This document shows positions 57,986 through 64,000 of a stretch of 64,000 nt of DNA, piece by piece (within the stretch, counting starts at the first letter, position 1; each line of letters starts with the position of its first letter). The notes beneath the pieces were generated by a model that was not told the DNA's origin, made no database searches, and was given only the letters and a program-made list of their open reading frames with translations. Origin of the DNA: a virus (Duplodnaviria; Heunggongvirae; Uroviricota; Caudoviricetes); IMG/VR virus record IMGVR_UViG_3300034102_002177. One strand, 5' to 3'. A program made the translations under genes and the position numbers.

Positions 57986-58219
57986 ATGGAAAAAAGAAGT
58001 ACACACTACGGAGACGTACAAAAATGGATTGAGAAAGTTATTGACTCTTGTGAGACATATGAACAAACTCGTTCAGCAAGAGTTTTAGTTTGGAATTTTG
58101 AAAAACAAATGATTAGAAATAAAGTAGATAGTGGTATTCTTTATACTATAGGACATTATTTACGTGACGTGATTAGTTACAAAGTTCAGGCAATACAAGG
58201 AAAATATTTAGAATCATAA
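57986..58219 (+). CDS. Hypothetical protein
   Basis: 77-aa ORF. Confidence 0.4.
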   Translation: MEKRSTHYGDVQKWIEKVIDSCETYEQTRSARVLVWNFEKQMIRNKVDSGILYTIGHYLRDVISYKVQAIQGKYLES

Positions 58220-58232
58220 AAAATAAAACAAT

Positions 58233-58406
58233 ATGGAAAATAAAATAGATAAGATCGCGATAGCAATTGGAATTGTTATTGGTTGTGTTTTAGGTAGTAT
58301 CATGTCGTACTCAATGTTGAAGGAAGCTAAAAAATGTGAACTACTTGTTGAAGAAAATAAAATGTTGAGAGATATGCTCTATGAAGAGCAAAACGATGGT
58401 CAGTAA
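58233..58406 (+). CDS. Small single-TM protein, 57 aa. Below the track cutoff
   Basis: MENKIDKIAIAIGIVIGCVLGSIMSY... fills an otherwise empty gap. Its stop overlaps the next start (TAAATG). Confidence 0.35.
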   Translation: MENKIDKIAIAIGIVIGCVLGSIMSYSMLKEAKKCELLVEENKMLRDMLYEEQNDGQ

Positions 58407-58652
58407 ATGAAAGGTACGTTAATATATTTTGAACCTGATGAAGAAACAGGTTATAAAGGTAATTGGGTGATACAGATACCTACTGAAAAACCTTATAATA
58501 ATATATTCTCACTTTCTGATGAAAGTGTGAAATGGATTAAAGAAAATAATCCACCAAAAAAAATTGATGTTGATTTTGTGGTAATTTGTGATTGTCATTA
58601 TGATGAGGAAACAAATACTGCTAAACACGCATTAGTTGCCACAATAAAATAA
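58407..58652 (+). CDS. Hypothetical protein
   Basis: 81-aa ORF. Confidence 0.4.
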   Translation: MKGTLIYFEPDEETGYKGNWVIQIPTEKPYNNIFSLSDESVKWIKENNPPKKIDVDFVVICDCHYDEETNTAKHALVATIK

Positions 58653-58666
58653 TAAATAAAAAATTA

Positions 58667-59293
58667 ATGGAAAATTACGAAATACTTGAAAATGGTTTAA
58701 TAAAACAAAAATCTATCGTTAATAAGATCCAAACGTATGATACAAAATATGTGGATGAAAGATATAATCAATACGGTGAAAAAGGACCTCAAATGGCTGG
58801 TATTCGACTTGGATATTTAGTTGGGACTTTAGGTTACTGGCCACAATCCATACTAGATATTGGATATGGTAATGGTGATTTCTTAAAGGTCTGTAAAGGT
58901 GTTATTGAGTCATATGGTAATGATGTTTCAGGATATCCTGTACCTGAAGGTGTTACATACACTGATAATATATTTGATAAACATTACGAGGTGATCTCAT
59001 TCTTTGATGTATTGGAACATTTTGAGGAAATTGATTTCGTAAAAGATTTGGATTGTAATTACGTCTACATTAGTTTACCTTGGTGTCACAACTTTAGTGA
59101 AGAATGGTTTATGAATTGGAAACACAGAAGACCTGATGAACATTTGTGGCATTTTAATGAAAAGTCAATTGAAAACTTCTTCAATGAAATGGGGTATGAC
59201 ATGGTTGATTATTCAAATGTTGAAGATTTAATAAGAGTTTCTGGTGAAGAATATCCTAACATTTTAACTTGTATCTTTAAGAAAAGAAAATAA
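58667..59293 (+). CDS. Class I SAM-dependent methyltransferase
   Basis: Motif I ILDIGYGNGDF, motif II FFDVLEH. Confidence 0.65.
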   Translation: MENYEILENGLIKQKSIVNKIQTYDTKYVDERYNQYGEKGPQMAGIRLGYLVGTLGYWPQSILDIGYGNGDFLKVCKGVIESYGNDVSGYPVPEGVTYTDNIFDKHYEVISFFDVLEHFEEIDFVKDLDCNYVYISLPWCHNFSEEWFMNWKHRRPDEHLWHFNEKSIENFFNEMGYDMVDYSNVEDLIRVSGEEYPNILTCIFKKRK

Positions 59294-60210
59294 TGGGAGA
59301 ATTTGGAATAAAAGTTTCTGAGACATTTGGAGATACGATATATATGACACCTGTAATTGCTTACATGAGCAGGTGTCATAATAAAAAGTTTCATGTTGAG
59401 ACAATGTTTCCTGATCTATTCAAAAACAATCCTTATGTGGAAAAAGTATATAACACCAAAAATGGTGAATTTTTTCCTGAAGATATAATCGTTTATGAAG
59501 CGAAACGAATATTTGAAGGGGATATGTTTAGGCAAAGAAAAATGCATTCAATTGACTTTTATTCAAGTAATCTTGGATTTATTTTAGCGCCTGAAGAAAA
59601 AACTTTATTATATTATCCTGATGAATTGGATATGGAGTTACCTGAAGGAAGATATGTTGTTATAAATCCTTCCGTTACAACTACTTGTCGTACATGGGAT
59701 AAAGAGAAATGGGAAACATTAATAGATATGATCATCAGTACGGGTACAAAAGTTGTTGTTGTTGGTAAAGAAATAAATTACGACCATGAATTTAACAGAG
59801 GTGTTATGCGTGTTGGTGGTGATAAAGTTATTGATCTAATCAATAAATTAAATACCTCACAGTTATGGCATATAATTGAGAATAGTTTAGTGATATTTAC
59901 GATGAACGCAGGATTATGGCCGTTCGCAGGTACAACAGATGCCAACATAATTGCAATGGGAAGTACAATTAATCCTTATTATCGGGCACCATACAGACAT
60001 GGTAGACAAGATTATAAACATTATTTTGTTGGGGGTGAATGTAAAATATTTTGTCATACTGACATGAAGTATAATTCAAGTGGGGATATTAAAGTTACTG
60101 GAGGTTTTCCAATAGCAAAATGTTTTGAAAATAAACCAACTTATGAGTGCCATCCAACGCCAGAAAATGTATTTAAAACATTTTTAAATTTACTTGAAAA
60201 TAAAAATTAA
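59293..60210 (+). CDS. GT9-like glycosyltransferase (heptosyltransferase fold), tandem paralog A
   Basis: N-terminal IKVSETFGDTIYMTPVIAYM and C-terminal NSLVIFTMNAGLWPFAGTTDANIIAMGST match GT9 patterns. Confidence 0.55.
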   Translation: MGEFGIKVSETFGDTIYMTPVIAYMSRCHNKKFHVETMFPDLFKNNPYVEKVYNTKNGEFFPEDIIVYEAKRIFEGDMFRQRKMHSIDFYSSNLGFILAPEEKTLLYYPDELDMELPEGRYVVINPSVTTTCRTWDKEKWETLIDMIISTGTKVVVVGKEINYDHEFNRGVMRVGGDKVIDLINKLNTSQLWHIIENSLVIFTMNAGLWPFAGTTDANIIAMGSTINPYYRAPYRHGRQDYKHYFVGGECKIFCHTDMKYNSSGDIKVTGGFPIAKCFENKPTYECHPTPENVFKTFLNLLENKN

Positions 60211-60212
60211 TA

Positions 60213-61136
60213 ATGAGATACGGATTTAAAATAGAAGGTTGTTTTGGTGATGTGTTATATTCAACACCTGTGTTAAGATATTTGAGTGTGTGTCATAATG
60301 ATAAGATAGATGTTGAAACTAATTTCCCAATTATCTTTAAGAACAACCCATATGTTGGTAAAATATATGACACTAACCAAAATGAATTTTTACCTGGTGG
60401 TCAAGAATTTTATGATTGTAATGGTCATAATTTTGAGGATGTTCAAAAACAAATTAGAAAAATGCATCTCACCGATTATTGGTCAACTCATTTGGGTTTT
60501 ATTTTAACGCCAGAAGAAAAAACAATTAATTTTTATCCGGATCCAATTGACATTGACTTACCTGAAGGTGATTACATTGTAATAAGTCCGTCAAAAACTT
60601 GGGAATGTAGAACGTGGGACAAAGAAAAATGGGAAAAGTTAACTGAAATGATTTTAAAGTTAGGGATAAAAGTTGTTGTTACTGGTAAAGATATAAGTTA
60701 TGGTGATGATATAAAAAGCTCTATAGAAATTGACAATCCTAATGTGATAAATTTGATAAATAAATTAAATTTGTCTCAGTTATGGCATTTGGTTAATAAT
60801 AGTTTGGTTACCATAACTATGAATGCTGGTTTATTACCTTTTGCTGGGACTACAGATGTAAATATTTTGGAATTAGGGGGAGCAATTAATCCGGCATATA
60901 GATCCCCATTTAGGAATGGATCGCAGGAATATAAACACAAATTTGTTGGGGGTTCTTGTAAATTATTTTGTCAGTCAGATATGAAATATAATGTGATTGG
61001 AGATCAAAAAATTACAAGATGGAATAGTTTTGCAGCACCGGCTTGTTATGAAAAAAAACCAACATATGAATGTCACACATCAGTTAATGCTGCTTTTAAT
61101 GGGGTTTTAGAGTTTTTAAAAATGAAAAATAAATGA
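60213..61136 (+). CDS. GT9-like glycosyltransferase, tandem paralog B (about 40% identical to A)
   Basis: Collinear with 59293..60210: GCFGDVLYSTPVLRYL, TWECRTWDKEKWE, NSLVTITMNAGLLPFAGTTDVNILELGG. Confidence 0.55.
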   Translation: MRYGFKIEGCFGDVLYSTPVLRYLSVCHNDKIDVETNFPIIFKNNPYVGKIYDTNQNEFLPGGQEFYDCNGHNFEDVQKQIRKMHLTDYWSTHLGFILTPEEKTINFYPDPIDIDLPEGDYIVISPSKTWECRTWDKEKWEKLTEMILKLGIKVVVTGKDISYGDDIKSSIEIDNPNVINLINKLNLSQLWHLVNNSLVTITMNAGLLPFAGTTDVNILELGGAINPAYRSPFRNGSQEYKHKFVGGSCKLFCQSDMKYNVIGDQKITRWNSFAAPACYEKKPTYECHTSVNAAFNGVLEFLKMKNK

Positions 61137-61567
61137 TAAATCTAAAAGATTATAAAATCATAAAATATAATTACGTTTTATCTAATGAGGAATTAACAAT
61201 TCAGTTATGGGATAAAATGAATTTTGAGGAAACTAGATGGGCGGTTAAACTAACTTTGGAAGGTGTGAATGATTCTTCTTCAGGTGATCAATATCCTGCT
61301 TGGGATATGTTCTTTCTTGAAACAAAATTGGAGGAAAAGATTAGTAATGTACTTTTTAAATATAATATTGAATACGTTATTGAGGATTTAACTGAAGAAT
61401 TGTTAAAAGATGATACTGTATTAACCGAAGAGTTATTAGATAAAATTGAATACTTTTTAGAAAAAAATTTAACCGTTGATGAAGTATTAGATAATATAAT
61501 TGATGTTGGTATTGAAAATATTAGTATCTTTGAAAAATACTATTTGAAAAAACAAAATAATGAATAA
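61133..61567 (+). CDS. Acidic hypothetical protein
   Basis: 144-aa ORF. Confidence 0.4.
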   Translation: MINLKDYKIIKYNYVLSNEELTIQLWDKMNFEETRWAVKLTLEGVNDSSSGDQYPAWDMFFLETKLEEKISNVLFKYNIEYVIEDLTEELLKDDTVLTEELLDKIEYFLEKNLTVDEVLDNIIDVGIENISIFEKYYLKKQNNE

Positions 61568-62624
61568 CAAAGAGAAAATTGTAAAGAGGTTATTATTTGA
61601 AATAATTGATAAAATGAGTAAAGACGCTGATGTTTATCATAATAATGGATCTTTATGGTTAATTCATACTGATGATAGAAAATGGATCGTTGAGTACACA
61701 AAAGAACGAACATTGTGGTTTAATTATAATTTTTTTAGATCTGCCTTTAAATTTGTTTCTTTAGATATTAATGATAAAAATGAATATGTTACCGAATGGT
61801 TTGAGTCAAGATTTTTGAATATGAATAGGGTAAAACACATTTTAGATGTGTCAAATCCTAATCCACCTGGTGTTGAAGACACCATTCAAAATGGGGTGAA
61901 ACGCACCAAAACACTAAATTTGAAAATAGAAGAATCTGTTGAAGACACCATTGAAAATGGGGTGAAACACACCCGGCAATTTGCTGCAAATAAACACTTC
62001 GCGGTTGAAGACACCATTGAAAATGGGGTGAAGAACACCAGTTTTTATTACGATGGATATAACCAATATGTTGAAGACACCATCCAAAATGGAGTTAAAC
62101 GCACCGTACCTGAATCAATTGCCGATTCATTCGCTATTGAAGATACCATTCAAAATGGTGTGAAAGAAACTAATCCTACAAATTTTGCTGCCGTTGATGA
62201 GGCAATTCAAAATGGGGTGAAGGACACCAAAACCTCGATGTCATACCAAACGTTTTCAGTTGAAGATACCATTCAAAATGGTGTTAAGGATACCAAACCA
62301 ATGGATGAGTGGGTAAATGCTGAAAGTATTGTTGAAGGTGTAATGGAGTATGGTGTTAAAGAACTACAACCACTACCGGCACAAGATGGTAATATGGATT
62401 GGGGTAATTACTATCGCGGAAAAGAAGATAGGACAAAACCATTTAATGAATATCTTGATGAAGCAATTAGATTTGGTGTTAAAGAAGTTATTGAAGAAAA
62501 TCATCACAGAACAAGAGAAGTTGTTGTAACAATAAAAGATGGTGTAAAAGAAACTCACCAAGATTGTTCAAATAACATTGCAAGAGTTGAAGGTATAATT
62601 AGAGTTGGGGAAAAATTAGATTAA
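61560..62624 (+). CDS. Tandem-repeat protein: about 10 copies of a roughly 20-aa unit with core VEDTIQNGVK(R/D/E)T
   Basis: Repeat tract at nt 61866-62560, visible also as DNA repeats (gttgaagacaccattcaaaatggggtgaaa...). Confidence 0.6.
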   Translation: MNNKEKIVKRLLFEIIDKMSKDADVYHNNGSLWLIHTDDRKWIVEYTKERTLWFNYNFFRSAFKFVSLDINDKNEYVTEWFESRFLNMNRVKHILDVSNPNPPGVEDTIQNGVKRTKTLNLKIEESVEDTIENGVKHTRQFAANKHFAVEDTIENGVKNTSFYYDGYNQYVEDTIQNGVKRTVPESIADSFAIEDTIQNGVKETNPTNFAAVDEAIQNGVKDTKTSMSYQTFSVEDTIQNGVKDTKPMDEWVNAESIVEGVMEYGVKELQPLPAQDGNMDWGNYYRGKEDRTKPFNEYLDEAIRFGVKEVIEENHHRTREVVVTIKDGVKETHQDCSNNIARVEGIIRVGEKLD

Positions 62625-62625
62625 G

Positions 62626-62931
62626 ATGGGATTTGATAAAAAAATAATGGAATTAAGTAGAACTATCTATCAAACATCTGTCATGTCTCACGGAACAAAA
62701 GCAGATCCAACAAAACAGATTGATAAGATCCGTGCTATGATTAGAGAGTTTATACGAGTTGAGGTGGTTCCATATGAATTAACTAATCAGGAAAAACTAT
62801 CATTCATTTTAAAAAATGAGGCAATGATTAATAGTGCGGTTATGGGTGGTCATCAACCAACAAATCAAGATGAATACCAACCTGTTAGAAATAAAATAAA
62901 ACAATACAGAAAAGAATTGGGGTTGATATAA
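62626..62931 (+). CDS. Hypothetical protein
   Basis: 101-aa ORF. Confidence 0.4.
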   Translation: MGFDKKIMELSRTIYQTSVMSHGTKADPTKQIDKIRAMIREFIRVEVVPYELTNQEKLSFILKNEAMINSAVMGGHQPTNQDEYQPVRNKIKQYRKELGLI

Positions 62932-63119
62932 TGAAAAAAATTGATTATTATAAACTTGTTTATGAGATGTTGGATAAACTATACGAAAATCAGGGTTTTA
63001 GTGAGTGGTATGATAGTTTAGATGATGATCAGGAGAATAAAATAAATGATGATCTTATTGAAATAGTAGAAAGAAGAATTAATAAAAATAAAATAGGAGA
63101 TGGAGGAAAAATTAAATAA
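62931..63119 (+). CDS. Hypothetical protein
   Basis: 62-aa ORF. Confidence 0.3.
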   Translation: MKKIDYYKLVYEMLDKLYENQGFSEWYDSLDDDQENKINDDLIEIVERRINKNKIGDGGKIK

Positions 63120-63342
63120 GTTACACAATCAATTAGAAGATTTTGAAAGCGTTAGATACCGAATGGGTGCTGAAGGATTTCATTATTGTTTTGAAAGTTA
63201 CTCAAGTTTTGAAGAAATTGAGGATGATAAATTTCACGATTTAAGAAATGAATATCTCAGAGTGAGTAAAGAGTTGGAGAACTATGTGAAAAATAAAATT
63301 CATGAAATAGAAACTGAAATTGCGATCAATGAATATGAGTAG
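63100..63342 (+). CDS. Hypothetical protein
   Basis: 80-aa ORF. Confidence 0.35.
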   Translation: MEEKLNKLHNQLEDFESVRYRMGAEGFHYCFESYSSFEEIEDDKFHDLRNEYLRVSKELENYVKNKIHEIETEIAINEYE

Positions 63343-63505
63343 TACATTTGAGGAAATCTATAATGAGATTGTTGAGAGTTCCCGTGGTAATTTAACAAAC
63401 GAAGAATATAGAGAATTAATCACACTTGAATATGTTGTAACTCAAGGGTATGATAAAGTTGGTGATCTTGAAAGATTAAATGAATTAAGAAGTAAGAAAC
63501 GATGA
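63320..63505 (+). CDS. Hypothetical protein
   Basis: 61-aa ORF. Confidence 0.3.
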   Translation: MRSMNMSSTFEEIYNEIVESSRGNLTNEEYRELITLEYVVTQGYDKVGDLERLNELRSKKR

Positions 63506-63708
63506 AAAAAATTTATATATTTTTTTGGTGGGTATGGAATTACCCTGAAATAGTTTGGATGAAAATTAAATCAAAATTTGAAAGATGACGGAAGAAGAAA
63601 AGGATAACAGAATAAAAGAACTTGAGGAATTTCTTGAAGAGGTTATTGAACATCCTTATATGTATGGGTCACACATTTGGGAAGAAGGATGTAAATTATT
63701 AAACAAAG

Positions 63709-64000
63709 ATGAAGATGAACAAACTAGATAAACAATACCAAGAATTACTCCAAACCATATTGGATTACGGAGTTGAAAAGAAAGACAGAACAGGTACAGG
63801 AACCAAAAGTATTTTTGGTTATACCATTCGTCATAATATGCAAGATGGATTTCCAGTTCTTACAACCAAGAAAATGGCTTGGAAACAAATTGTAACTGAA
63901 TTATTATGGTTTTTAAGAGGAGATACCAACATTAAGTTTTTAGTTGACAATGGTTGTCACATTTGGGATGGTGATTGCTTTGCCAATTACATTAGAAATT
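63709..64000 (+). CDS. thyA: Thymidylate synthase (ThyA), N-terminal part. Continues beyond the window
   Basis: [74 protein letters not shown] closely matches the ThyA N-terminus (DRTGTGT, LLWFLxGDTN). Not in the ORF track because it is truncated. Confidence 0.85.
   Translation, partial: MKMNKLDKQYQELLQTILDYGVEKKDRTGTGTKSIFGYTIRHNMQDGFPVLTTKKMAWKQIVTELLWFLRGDTNIKFLVDNGCHIWDGDCFANYIRN

Noticed and set aside
1-64000. Giant eukaryotic virus (Mimiviridae-like) origin, suggested by Hsp70, DnaJ, GSII, P4H and PT linkers
   Set aside because: Bacterial sigma-70 and ECF sigma factors, abundant stem-loop plus T-run terminators, Bacteroidetes -7 promoter boxes, a T7-type primase and T4-type Mre11/Rad50/EndoVII/Pnk homologues all indicate a bacteriophage.
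1-64000. CRISPR array or tRNA genes
   Set aside because: All tandem repeats found are protein-coding with variable units and no spacer-repeat regularity. I could not identify a cloverleaf with a GTTC-type T-arm in any intergenic region.

Overview
This window is AT-rich (about 30% GC) and densely coding, mostly on the + strand with short minus-strand islands. I read it as part of a large (jumbo-type) dsDNA bacteriophage that infects a Bacteroidetes host. Two signals support this: six canonical Bacteroidetes -7 promoter boxes (TAnnTTTG) sit 17-27 nt upstream of start codons (others lie closer), and many stem-loop + T-run intrinsic terminators separate the genes.

Recognisable content:
- A T4/T7-like replication and recombination block: T7 gp4-type primase, PD-(D/E)XK exonuclease, Mre11/SbcD- and Rad50/SbcC-like proteins, RuvC-like and EndoVII-like resolvases.
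- Two phage-encoded sigma factors: an RpoD-like sigma-70 and an orphan ECF-type sigma.
- A full DnaK plus type-I DnaJ chaperone pair.
- Thioredoxin, a glutaredoxin-like protein, and partial thymidylate synthase.
- A type-II glutamine synthetase.
- A 2OG-Fe(II) prolyl-hydroxylase-like oxygenase and a NUDIX hydrolase.
- Two DNA methyltransferases (Dam-like DPPY and beta-class SPPY).
- A split T4-Pnk-like RNA-repair kit: P-loop kinase, HAD phosphatase, metallophosphoesterase, Rnl5-type RNA ligase.
- A glycan module: RmlB-like dehydratase, HldE-like nucleotidyltransferase, two tandem GT9 heptosyltransferase-like paralogs, SAM-methyltransferase.
- Two giant Cys-rich proteins with PT-linkers.
- An expanded four-member paralog family of unknown function with a conserved KYGAxTKWCT core, one member fused to leucine-rich repeats.
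- Several repeat-containing proteins.

I found no tRNA, rRNA or CRISPR array. Several real-looking genes of fewer than 60 codons fall below the ORF-track threshold.
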